From: Trichodesmium erythraeum IMS101
GTDB lineage: Bacteria; Cyanobacteriota; Cyanobacteriia; Cyanobacteriales; Microcoleaceae
DNA length: 32,000 bases
Reading direction: 5' to 3'
Assembly (NCBI RefSeq): GCF_000014265.1
Contig: NC_008312.1
Location: 4,020,001-4,052,000, forward strand
The translations under genes were made by a program, and so were the position numbers. The notes below the pieces were generated by a model. The model did not search any database and was not told where the DNA came from. It worked only from the letters and a program-made list of their open reading frames with translations. Positions 10,591 through 19,934 of the stretch are shown here, in pieces; the first letter of the stretch is position 1; each line of letters begins with the position of its first letter.

Positions 10591-11580
10591 ATCACCTCTG
10601 ACAATTTTAGTCTTTATTATTAATAGTAAAAATACGATTTATGAAAATTTTAGTATTAAACTGATATGGAAAAAATTAACTACTGGATACCTCAAAAAAA
10701 ACTACAATATAAATTGCCAGTAGCTATAGTCAGATAATTTAGTAAAATGCCATCCACTATTAGTTAAAATTTAGTTTCTAGTCTTAATTTAAACTACATA
10801 TAATTTCTGGGTATCATGCTTTAATTAGTTGAGAAGAAGGTGATTTAGCAATAGTTGAATAAAATAGCACAAACAGTATATTTATTAATAGTTTACTTCA
10901 AGCAAAATATTTTATTAAAAATTTGAAAGATATAATTATTTAAAATTTGTAAATCACTTAGCATAAATAATAAACATATTAATTTTGAAAAAAAATATGA
11001 ATTCTGAAAAATTTAGGATTAAATTTATATGAAAAAAAATTAACTATTGGATACCTCAAAAAAACGGAATTTAGAAAAATATAAATTCTGAAAAATTTAG
11101 TATTAAACTGATATGAAAAAAATTAACTACTGGATACCTCAAAAAAACACAATATAAATTGCCAGTATCTATAGTCATAAAATTTAGTAAAATGCTATCT
11201 ACTATTGGTGAAAACTCAGCTTCTAGACTTGACTTAAACTACATAGAAATATTTGGGTATTATGCCTTAATTTATTGAGAATAAGGTAATTTAGTAATAG
11301 TTGAATAAAATAGCAAGAACGGTATATTTATTAATAGTTTACTGCTAGCAAAATCTTTAATTAAATATGTGAAAAATATAATCGTTGAAATATTTGGGTA
11401 TTATGCCTTAATTTATTGAGAATAAGGTAATTTAGTAATAGTTGAATAAAATAGCACGAACGGTATATTTATTAATAGTTTACTGCCAGCAAAATCTTTA
11501 ATTAAATATGTGAAAAATATAATCGTTTAAAACTTGCAAATCACCTAGAATAAATCAGCAAAATATTAATAGTAAAAAAA
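10591..11580 (+). pseudogene. about 3.5 decayed head-to-tail copies of the FHA-encoding 5' module of the downstream gene
   Basis: Direct alignment by eye to 11555-11920. Copy A is ~10591-10996 and partial copy B is 10997-11067. Copy C is ~11083-11386 and half copy D is 11387-11580. All are riddled with stops and richer in A/T than the intact copy. Example: TTAACTACTGGATACCTCAAAAAAA versus the intact TTAACTACTGGATACCTCAGACAAC. Confidence 0.75.
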
Positions 11581-13479
11581 ATGACTTCTGAAAATTTTAG
11601 TATTCAACTTATATGGACAGATTTAACTACTGGATACCTCAGACAACCACAATACAAATTACCAGTAACTATAGGAAGAAAATTTAGTAAAATGCCCTCT
11701 ACTATTGGTGAAGATTCAGTTTCTAGACTTGAGTTAAAACACACAGAAATTTCTGGGTATCATGCCTTAATTAATTTAGAAAAAGGTAACTTAGTAATAG
11801 TAGATCAAAATAGCACAAACGGTATATTTATTAATGGTTTACGTCAAACAAAATCTTTAATTAAAGATGGGGATGTATTACAATTAGGTCCATACAAAAT
11901 TGATATTAGAATAAATTTTCCGCCTCCTTGGTTTGTTGATGCTGAGAAAGTAAAAGTTTCAGACTTGCGAAAAAGTGGATATACTTTAGATGAAGCTGAC
12001 TATGGAACTATAGGGGGTGGTTTAGGTAGTTTTATCTGGGTTGATTTTCTGAGAATCTTTGGAGTAAAATCTAATCAAATTGTAGCTCTGGGTATTGTAC
12101 CTCTAGATGAGAATGGCAATATACCACCCAATGAAACTCAAAAATCTTATTGGCATTATAAACAACTTTGTCTGAATTCTCAAATTCCTGACCATGAAAG
12201 ATTGAGGTCTAATTCAGATTCTTGTCCCGATAATATTTGGGGTTGGCCTAGTTATGCTCTTAGGGAGGCTTGGCAAGATTTTTCCCATGGTAGAATTTTA
12301 TCTAGTTTGAAGTGTCTGTGGCAAGTATTTGCAGAGCCAACTTTTGCTCAGACTTATACTCCAAAAGCCAGAAATGTTTTTGCCTCTATAGATAGAGAAG
12401 CGAAACGAATAGGTTGGGATCAGATATTTCGCTTTGGTAGAGTTAGAGCTATTCGTAAAACTGATGATGGACGCTATGCGATCGCCTATTCTTTTTCTAG
12501 TTCTAAAAGCCGAGACTATGGCTTTTTAATAGTTAGCTTTCTTCATCTAGCTACTGGTTATCCCAAACTCAAATTTCTGGAAGACTTACAAATGTATCGG
12601 AGGCAAACAGAAGATTTTAGGGCAGTAGTAAACGCTTATGAAGATCATGCTCATGTCTATGAGCATTTAGAGAAAAATGGAGGGGTAGTATTAATTCGAG
12701 GTCGTGGAATAGTTGCATCCAGAATTATTCAACGTATTTATGAAGTACGACAGCGAAGTCAAAAAAATATAGGAATTATACATTTGATGCGTTCAGAAGT
12801 AACTAAAGGCAAAAAGTTTGGTGTTGCTCAACGTCAAGTAGAAAATAATTTTGAATTTCAACCTTTTAATTGGCCTAAAGCTTGTTGGGGAGGAGAACTA
12901 AGGGTAAAGTTAGAACAGGCAAAACCTGAAAAACGCAAAGACTTACTTAAGGAGTGGGGTGGTACAACGACTGCATCTCGGTCTGACTGGCGACAAATTA
13001 TTCAGCAGGCTAAGTTAGATAAGTGGTATAAGGTTGAATTTGGTAAAGTGACGCGAGTTGAACCAAATCAGGGAAATGGTATTATTACTCATATATCTAC
13101 AGAATTTCCTAAACTGGCTTTGGTAACAGATTTTATTATTGATGCTACTGGTCTTGAAGCAAATGTCGATGAAAGTCCTTTAATTTATGACTTGGTTAAA
13201 AAATATAATCTTCAACTTAACGCTCAAAAACGTTTAACTGTTTCTAATGATTTTGAAGTAATAGGGGTGAGTAATGAACCAGGTAAGATATATGCTTGTG
13301 GTGCTATAACTTTTGGTGGACCTTATGCTGCTGTTGATAGCTTCCTGGGTTTACAGTATACAGCACTGCGTTGTGTCGATCATCTTTTCAAAATTCAAGC
13401 CCCTGGAATCAAATATTTAAATGGGTTTAGTTCTATTGGGCAATGGTGGAAATGGGCAACTAATCAATCTCCTTCCTAG
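11581..13479 (+). CDS. FHA domain fused to a two-dinucleotide-binding-domain (FAD/NAD(P)) flavoprotein-like oxidoreductase
   Basis: 632-aa ORF. N-terminal FHA (VTIGRKFS ... SRLELKHTEISGYHALI ... LVIVDQNSTNGIFING). Then YGTIGGGLGSF (GxGxxG), LIRGRGIVASRIIQRI (second Rossmann motif), IIDATGLE and IYACGAITFGGPYAAVDS. Confidence 0.75.
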   Translation: MTSENFSIQLIWTDLTTGYLRQPQYKLPVTIGRKFSKMPSTIGEDSVSRLELKHTEISGYHALINLEKGNLVIVDQNSTNGIFINGLRQTKSLIKDGDVLQLGPYKIDIRINFPPPWFVDAEKVKVSDLRKSGYTLDEADYGTIGGGLGSFIWVDFLRIFGVKSNQIVALGIVPLDENGNIPPNETQKSYWHYKQLCLNSQIPDHERLRSNSDSCPDNIWGWPSYALREAWQDFSHGRILSSLKCLWQVFAEPTFAQTYTPKARNVFASIDREAKRIGWDQIFRFGRVRAIRKTDDGRYAIAYSFSSSKSRDYGFLIVSFLHLATGYPKLKFLEDLQMYRRQTEDFRAVVNAYEDHAHVYEHLEKNGGVVLIRGRGIVASRIIQRIYEVRQRSQKNIGIIHLMRSEVTKGKKFGVAQRQVENNFEFQPFNWPKACWGGELRVKLEQAKPEKRKDLLKEWGGTTTASRSDWRQIIQQAKLDKWYKVEFGKVTRVEPNQGNGIITHISTEFPKLALVTDFIIDATGLEANVDESPLIYDLVKKYNLQLNAQKRLTVSNDFEVIGVSNEPGKIYACGAITFGGPYAAVDSFLGLQYTALRCVDHLFKIQAPGIKYLNGFSSIGQWWKWATNQSPS

Positions 13480-14038
13480 TCTTATAGAGTCTTTAAGAAG
13501 TTTTTTAACTTTGAAGAATACAAATATTTTTGGAGATTATATCATGAAATAAAAAATCCTATAAGTCGTTTTAGAGTACAATAGTTAGGGTTATTAACTA
13601 TTGCTGATTTACCAATATTTATTAATGTAGGTTTATATATATATATTGATATAATTATTCTTAACTTAAAATACAATTAATAATCAATTATAATACGAAA
13701 CCAGATTTCTTGTTTGGTTATTCAGGTCTTGGCTTAATTATTTATTATTTATGATTTATTATTTAGAGTTTTTGGAAGATCAAGACTAAAATTATTTAAA
13801 AACTTATTTAATAAACCTTTCAGTTTAACTATTTAAGCTAAAATAAATTATCTTCTTTGACAAATAAAGGCAGCCTTTATGTATTTTTTGAGCTTAGATT
13901 TTCAACAAATTTATTATAGTTTTAAATATTAGATAATAAAAAGATAAGGTGAATAGCTTTCCCTTTTTGAAAGGATGAAAAAAATTAAGTTTCAGTATTT
14001 AAAGCTTCCTAATTTCATAGAAGATATTAATAATTGTA

Positions 14039-14458
14039 ATGGTGATAATTGAAATGACTCCTACTTTATTTGGTCGTTGGCAAACAAGATTACTATTATT
14101 AGCAACAGTAGGTATTTTAATTACTATCCCTTTTGGTGAACTGATATACTTTTTGGTATTAGGCTACATTGCTGTTTTAGGTTTATTTTGGGATATATTA
14201 TACGACTTGCTTCAAAAATTCCGTTGGGATCGTGATTGGCCAGGAATTTATCAACTTTTAGCTGCTATCTGGGAAGCTATATTCTTATTATTTATCGCCA
14301 AAACTATAGATTTACCACTCTTAGAAATGTCTGACTTTAAAATTAAAAACTTTGCATTACATTATAGTTTAGTATGGTTAGGATTATATATAGTATCCCA
14401 AACTGTAATGCGAATCTATTTCCCCCGTTGGCGTTTTCGGGGAGGTCGCTGGTTGTAA
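14039..14458 (+). CDS. hypothetical integral membrane protein (about 4 TM helices)
   Basis: 139-aa ORF with regularly spaced hydrophobic helices and a basic C-terminus (FPRWRFRGGRWL). The start may be the second ATG at 14054. No family recognised. Confidence 0.5.
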   Translation: MVIIEMTPTLFGRWQTRLLLLATVGILITIPFGELIYFLVLGYIAVLGLFWDILYDLLQKFRWDRDWPGIYQLLAAIWEAIFLLFIAKTIDLPLLEMSDFKIKNFALHYSLVWLGLYIVSQTVMRIYFPRWRFRGGRWL

Positions 14459-14599
14459 CATTCCCATGTGCAAGCTTGTCTATAGCCTTAACTAAAAAAA
14501 ATAGATTTTTTGACAAAACAGTCTAATTTTTGACAAACTTAGGGAAGTTACTAGTGTATTATTAATATGCTATCATAGGAATTGAATATACAGAGAATT

Positions 14600-15040
14600 T
14601 TAGTCTAAAAAACCCATCAAGTCTTCACTATTAACCCCATTAGAAGCAACAGGACGATTCATCAATATTTTACTAACTTCTAGATTATTAGTACCAATTG
14701 GGCGAACTCCAGAAGCTGTAATTGTATTATTAAATTCTAATCCACTATCTACTACTGGGCGAATTCCAGAGGCAGACATTGTATGATTAATTTTTAGACT
14801 ATTTGAAACTATCGGGCGATTGGAAATTGTTTTACTATATTTAAGGTTAGTTTTACCTATAGGACGATTTCCAGGTAATGCTAATTTGGTTGTTTCTTCT
14901 TGTATTTCTTTTGTTTCTACTGGCTTGGTCTCTACTTGTAAGGTAGTACGTTGTTGAGAGCCTTGCTCCAATTTTGTGGGTAGACTACTTTGAATGCTAG
15001 GTTGATTGCTAGTATCACTAGTTGGGTTAGTTTCTGTCAT
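14600..15040 (-). CDS. hypothetical protein with five short RP(I/V)-containing repeats
   Basis: 146-aa ORF. Polar, low-complexity N-terminal half. The C-terminal half has NRPIGKTNL, NRPIVSNSL, GIRPVVDSGL, GVRPIGTNNL and NRPVASNGV at intervals of about 15-22 aa. Confidence 0.45.
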   Translation of the reverse strand: MTETNPTSDTSNQPSIQSSLPTKLEQGSQQRTTLQVETKPVETKEIQEETTKLALPGNRPIGKTNLKYSKTISNRPIVSNSLKINHTMSASGIRPVVDSGLEFNNTITASGVRPIGTNNLEVSKILMNRPVASNGVNSEDLMGFLD

Positions 15041-15384
15041 AATTCCACTTGTACTTGTAATTTTACTTTCACATCATTAAAGTTGGTTTATCTCATAAAT
15101 AATTAGAACTACTACTTTAATGCTTTTTGGCCTTCTAATTAGGATAATTTTTAGTTTTAATAAACCTTTAATTATTCTAACCATACTTTAAAGCAAAAAA
15201 CATAGCTTTGTGAAAAAATACAATGTCTAATACCAAGTTTGATAAATTTTTGTGACAAGTAGATAGGGATTTTGCTTTTTTATATTTACTTATAGGAAAT
15301 TAGGCAGGAAGGAGGAAGGGATAAATATAAAAAAAAAGGGTCGGGATAGAGATAGCTGTCTGAATTGATGAGGTTATAACTGAA

Positions 15385-16191
15385 ATGACTATGGCAATAA
15401 AAACTCCTACTGTTTTAGCTCTTGACTTTGATGGTGTTTTATGCAATGGATTAAGTGAATATTTTCAAACAGCTTGGCGCACCTACTCTCAATTTTGGCA
15501 AATATCAGATGAAATACCATTAAATGATTTGATGGAAAAGTTTTATCGGTTGCGTCCTGTTATTGAAATTGGTTGGGAAATGCCTCTTTTGATCCGAGCT
15601 TTAATATTGGGTATTGAGGAAGATACTATTTTTCAGGAATGGCAAGCGATCGCTGAAAAAATTGTTATTCAAGAAAATCTAGATCCATGGAAAATAGGTG
15701 CTTGTTTGGATAATACTAGGGATGAATGGATAGTAAAAGATTTGGAAGGGTGGTTATCTTTACATCAATTTTATCCAGGGGTTGTGGAAAAGTTGAAAGA
15801 ATTGATGGTATCGGAGGTTAAACCTATTATTATCACAACTAAGGAGGGAAGGTTTGCTCGTTCTCTGTTGCATAAAGTTGGTGTTAATTTACCAGAAGCA
15901 GATATTATTGGCAAAGAATCTAAACGTCCCAAATATGAAACTCTAAAAATTTTATTGGCAAAACTAGGGGCCCGAACAACTATTTGGTTTATTGAAGATA
16001 GATTAAAAACTTTACTTTCTATACAAAAACACCCAGATTTACAAGAGGTAGAATTATTTTTGGCAGACTGGGGTTATAATACTCAGAAAGAACGAAATTC
16101 TGTGGCTCAATACCCATCAATTCATTTATTGTCTTCTGCTCAGTTTTGTCAGGATTTTTCTAAATGGAAATTTGGAGGTAAGAAGGAATAA
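15385..16191 (+). CDS. HAD-superfamily hydrolase
   Basis: 268-aa ORF. HAD motif I LALDFDGVL, motif II IIITTKE, and a later lysine plus FIEDR acidic motif. Confidence 0.7.
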   Translation: MTMAIKTPTVLALDFDGVLCNGLSEYFQTAWRTYSQFWQISDEIPLNDLMEKFYRLRPVIEIGWEMPLLIRALILGIEEDTIFQEWQAIAEKIVIQENLDPWKIGACLDNTRDEWIVKDLEGWLSLHQFYPGVVEKLKELMVSEVKPIIITTKEGRFARSLLHKVGVNLPEADIIGKESKRPKYETLKILLAKLGARTTIWFIEDRLKTLLSIQKHPDLQEVELFLADWGYNTQKERNSVAQYPSIHLLSSAQFCQDFSKWKFGGKKE

Positions 16192-16300
16192 AAATAAATG
16201 GAGTTATAAGATAAAATTGTGTTTCATAAATAAGGGATGATTTTGATTATTTTCACCATGTTTATGTTGGTAGTTTCTTATATTTTAGCTCAGATAATAT

Positions 16301-16336
16301 TGCTTATTTAACTGCTTATTTAACTGCTTATTTAAC
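16301..16336. repeat. 12-bp direct repeat TGCTTATTTAAC x3
   Basis: Read directly: three perfect adjacent copies in the intergenic region upstream of the NurA-like gene. Confidence 0.85.
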
Positions 16337-16499
16337 TAAATATTTATCCTTGATTGATCCTTTGATTTACCTGTTGCTTATTTGGTCAGAAGATGAAGAT
16401 TGACATAGTTTTTTATAGTAAGTTAAGTGACAAGGATATTCTAGAAAAAGCTACAAAGTGGGGGATAATTTTTTTGAATTTAACTAGGGAACTAAAATT

Positions 16500-17714
16500 A
16501 TGCTAGACCTAACAAAACTAGCACAACAAATGCAAGGGATGAGTCAACATCTGACAAAAGAGGCGATGGCTGCTAAAAATAGATTGGAGATTGCTCAACA
16601 ATTATTAGAAGCAGCAAAGGATGAACAAGAAGATTTATTAGCCTTAGAGGAAAGTTGGTGCGACCGTATACTTTTTAATCCTGCTATTCCTATAGAATCT
16701 TTAGATACTTATCCTCTAATTAATCCTCCTCCAAAAAGTCATACAGTATTCGCTACGGATGGTTCTCAAATAGCTCCAAGTCAACATGAAATTGCCTATT
16801 GTTATTTGTTAAATATTGGTCGAGTAATGTTGCATTATGGGGAAAGTCGTTATCCGCTTTTAGATAGTATTCCAGAAATTTTTTATGAACCAGGTGACCT
16901 TTATATCTCTCGACAATGGGGTATTAAAACAGAAGAATGGATGGGTTATCGACGGACTATTTCTGAGGCTTTGGTTTTGGCCCAATTGGGTTGTGAATGG
17001 GTAAAAAATAATTCTGATAATTTAGGTTCTCCAATATTAGCAATGGTTGATGGTTCTCTGATTTATTGGTTCTTGGAGTCTTTGCCTTCTGAAGCACGGG
17101 ATAGGATTTTAAATCCCATAATGGAAGCTTGGAATAAATTAAAGCTGGCTGGTATTCCTTTGGTTGGTTATTTGAGTGCTTCTCGCAGTAATGAAAGTTT
17201 ATCTTTTTTGCGTTTAAAGGCTTGTATTTATGATGAACCTGATTGTATCAGTAATTGTCCAAATGTTGGTTTGGGGGGATTTGGTTTTACTGAAAAAGCT
17301 CCTTGTCAGTCGTTTGAACCGCTGCGAGATGTGATATTTTGGGGTTCAATATTAAGGCCTGGACAAAGAAGTCCTTTGTGGCAATCTTCTGCTAGAATTC
17401 TGCATTTATATGGGGATAATACTATCTATTTTTGTTATGTGAATGTTGGTAGGGAAGTGGCTAGAATTGATATGCCAGAATGGGTGGTTGAAAATGAGGA
17501 AATGTTGGAGTTAGTGTTAGGAATGATTTTGGCTCAAGTGCAAAAGGGTTATGGTTATCCGGTGGCATTAGCAGAAGCTCATAATCAGGCGGTGGTTAGG
17601 GGTGGCGATCGCATCAGTTTTTTTGCTTTGTTGGAGCAGGAAATGATTAAGGCTGGTTTGAAAAATGTGGGGACTTCTTACAAGGAGACTCGCAAGCGGA
17701 GTAGTATTGCCTGA
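16500..17714 (+). CDS. NurA-like nuclease domain protein
   Basis: 404-aa ORF with N-terminal coiled coil. Acidic motifs FATDGSQI and AMVDGSLIYW are spaced as in the RNase-H-like NurA 5'-3' nuclease fold. This call is from memory of the motifs, not from a search. Confidence 0.5.
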   Translation: MLDLTKLAQQMQGMSQHLTKEAMAAKNRLEIAQQLLEAAKDEQEDLLALEESWCDRILFNPAIPIESLDTYPLINPPPKSHTVFATDGSQIAPSQHEIAYCYLLNIGRVMLHYGESRYPLLDSIPEIFYEPGDLYISRQWGIKTEEWMGYRRTISEALVLAQLGCEWVKNNSDNLGSPILAMVDGSLIYWFLESLPSEARDRILNPIMEAWNKLKLAGIPLVGYLSASRSNESLSFLRLKACIYDEPDCISNCPNVGLGGFGFTEKAPCQSFEPLRDVIFWGSILRPGQRSPLWQSSARILHLYGDNTIYFCYVNVGREVARIDMPEWVVENEEMLELVLGMILAQVQKGYGYPVALAEAHNQAVVRGGDRISFFALLEQEMIKAGLKNVGTSYKETRKRSSIA

Positions 17715-17814
17715 TTTTAGTCGTTATAGTCTCCATGAATTCACAATCATAAATCTGTGATTTTTTGACTGCGGTTTTTATAGCTGCTATTGCTTATGGG
17801 GTGATTTCTCTCAT

Positions 17815-19650
17815 GTCTAAACCTAAATGTTCATAAAGCGATCGCTTCTTAACTAGCAAAAAAAAGTTGTTTTATTTTTAACTAATTGAAGTATAATAAA
17901 AAGTAGACTCACTATTTTTTTTGAGCACACGAGCTTCTGACAACTCAATGAGGAAAGGCGATGGTTGTAGGTGAAACTCAGTAAAATTAGAGTCCCTTGC
18001 TGCAATTCGCACATCTGTTGTGCTCACACTTTAGGAGTCGTTTGCATCATACAAAGCTATTGAGCACTAAGTACTGAAATCTGCTTATAAGTAAGATTAG
18101 GAAAAATTAGACTTTGAAGCTACTAAATATTTATAAAGCGATCGCTTCTTAACTAGCAAAAAAAGTTGTTTTATTTTTAACTAATTGAAGTATAATAAAA
18201 AGTAGACTCACTATTTTTTTTGAGCACACGAGCTTCTGACAACCCAATGAGGAAAGGCGATGGTTGTAGGTGAAACTCAGTAAAATTAGAGTCCCTTGCT
18301 GCAATTCGCACATCTGTTGTGCTCACACTTTAGGACTCGTTTGCATCATACAAAGCTATTGAGCACTAAGTACTGAAATCTGCTTATAAGTAAGATTAGG
18401 AAAAATTAGACTTTGAAGCTACTAAATATTTATAAAGCGATCGCTTCTTAACTAGCAAAAAAAGTTGTTTTATTTTTAACTAATTGAAGTATAATAAAAA
18501 GTAGACTCACTATTTTTTTTGAGCACACCAGCTTCTGACAACCGAGAAGGAAAGGCGATGGTTGTAGGTGAAACTCAGTAAAATTAGAGTCCCTTGCTAC
18601 AATTCTTACATTTGTTGTGCTCACACTTTAGGACTTTGGTCGCATCATCTGAAGCTCCTACAAACTAAGTTAAGTACCGAAGATATAATAGTTATAGGTA
18701 AAAATCAGATCGGAAAAATTAGACTTTGAAGCTACTAAATATTTATAAAGCGATCGCTTCTTAACTAGCAAAAAAAGTTGTTTTATTTTTAACTAATTGA
18801 AGTATAATAAAAAGTAGACTCACTATTTTTTTTGAATACACCAGCTTCTGACAACCGAGAAGGAAAGGCGATGGTTGTAGGTGAAACTCAGAAAAATTAG
18901 AGTCCCTTGCTGCAATTCTTACATCTGTTGTGCTCCCACTTTAGGACTTTGGCCGCATCATCTGAAGCTCCTGCAAACTAAGTTAAATACCGAAGATATA
19001 ATAGTTATAGGTAAAAATCAGATCGGAAAAATTAGACTTTGAAGCTACTAAATATTTATAAAGCGATCGCTTCTTAACCAGCAAAAAAAGTTGTTTTATT
19101 TTTAACTAATTGAAGTATAATAAAAAGTAGACTCACTATTTTTTTTGAATACACCAGCTTCTGACAACCGAGAAGGAAAGGCGATGGTTGTAGGTGAAAC
19201 TCAGAAAAATTAGAGTCCCTTGCTGCAATTCTTACATCTGTTGTGCTCCCACTTTAGGACTTTGGCCGCATCATCTGAAGCTCCTACAAACTAAGTTAAA
19301 TACCGAAGATATAAGAGTTATAGGTAAAAATCAGAAAAGTTAGACATCCCCGCTGCAATTCGCATATTTGTTGTACTCCCACTTTAGGACTTGTTTGCAT
19401 CATACAAAGCTATTGAGCAATAAGTAATGAATATCTAATGCTTATAGGTAAAATTAGGAAAAATTAGACTTTGAAGCTACTAAATATTTATGAAGCGATC
19501 GCTTCTTGACAAGCAGAAAAAGTTGTTTTATTTTTAAGTTAATTGAGTATTATAGGAAAGTAGTAACTCTTTTTTTTGAGATCACCAACTCCTGACAATC
19601 ATGAAAAAAACATCTAATGGTTGTAGGCAAGATGAGGAAAAATTAGACTT
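17815..19650 (+). repeat. tandem array of ~300-bp units, each with one HIP1 palindrome and a promoter-like module
   Basis: HIP1 sites at 17838, 18138, 18437, 18750, 19063 and 19495 give periods of 300, 299, 313, 313 and 432 bp. Each unit starts AGCGATCGCTTCTTAACTAGC-A7-GTTGTTTTATTTTTAACTAATTGAAGTATAAT. There are two variants of the 3' half: alpha in units 1-2, beta in units 3-5, and unit 5 carries beta plus alpha. The sixth copy is diverged and forms the upstream region of the gene at 19935. Confidence 0.9.
19506..19553 (+). promoter_or_regulatory. sigma70-like promoter module upstream of protease paralogue 1
   Basis: TTGACA (19506-19511), 17-nt spacer, TATTTT (19529-19534), plus a second -10-like TATTAT at 19548-19553. 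Homologous to the modules at 23404 and in the array units. The long distance to the ATG (~400 nt) lowers confidence. Confidence 0.4.
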
Positions 19651-19934
19651 TCAAACTACTAACCCAGATAAGTGCGAATGCTGTCTATATTCCTAAAGGT
19701 TTTGCTCCAACAGTAGTTTCCCACACCATCTCAAGCTCGTGAGCTGATGTAAAATTATAAAAAAATACTAGCTCATCCCCAGTGATAACTACCGATATTC
19801 CCCAAAAGTTGTGCTTCAGCTTCAATTATAGGGTTTTGGTCACATTACTTAAAGATCCAAAAAACCAAGGATGGAAGATCTAATGGTTGTAGGAAAAAAA
19901 ATTGACATTAGCACTTGGTGAACTTTTAAGAAAG

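Noticed and set aside
10416-10604. 62-aa minus-strand ORF (MSEVMNFTINYVINY...)
   Set aside because: It is an Ile/Asn/Tyr-rich translation of extremely AT-rich DNA at the edge of the decayed FHA copies. A chance ORF.
17741-17766. Hairpin TCACA-N10-TGTGA plus T6 as the terminator of the NurA-like gene
   Set aside because: The stem is only 5 bp and mostly A/T, too weak to call from sequence alone.
17925-17945. CTGACAA in each ~300-bp unit as a remnant of the signal-peptide codons (CTGACAAACTGTTCC = LTNCS) of the protease genes
   Set aside because: The match is only 7 nt. Its distance from the HIP1/promoter module (~95 nt) does not fit the genes (~220 nt in paralogue 3). I can support homology only for the first ~95 nt of the unit.
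17918-18035. Long-range pairing GAGCACA ... TGTGCTC enclosing ~105 nt of the array unit as evidence for a structured RNA
   Set aside because: Units 4 and 5 read GAATACA on the 5' side while keeping TGTGCTC. The pairing is therefore broken without compensation, and there is no covariation support.
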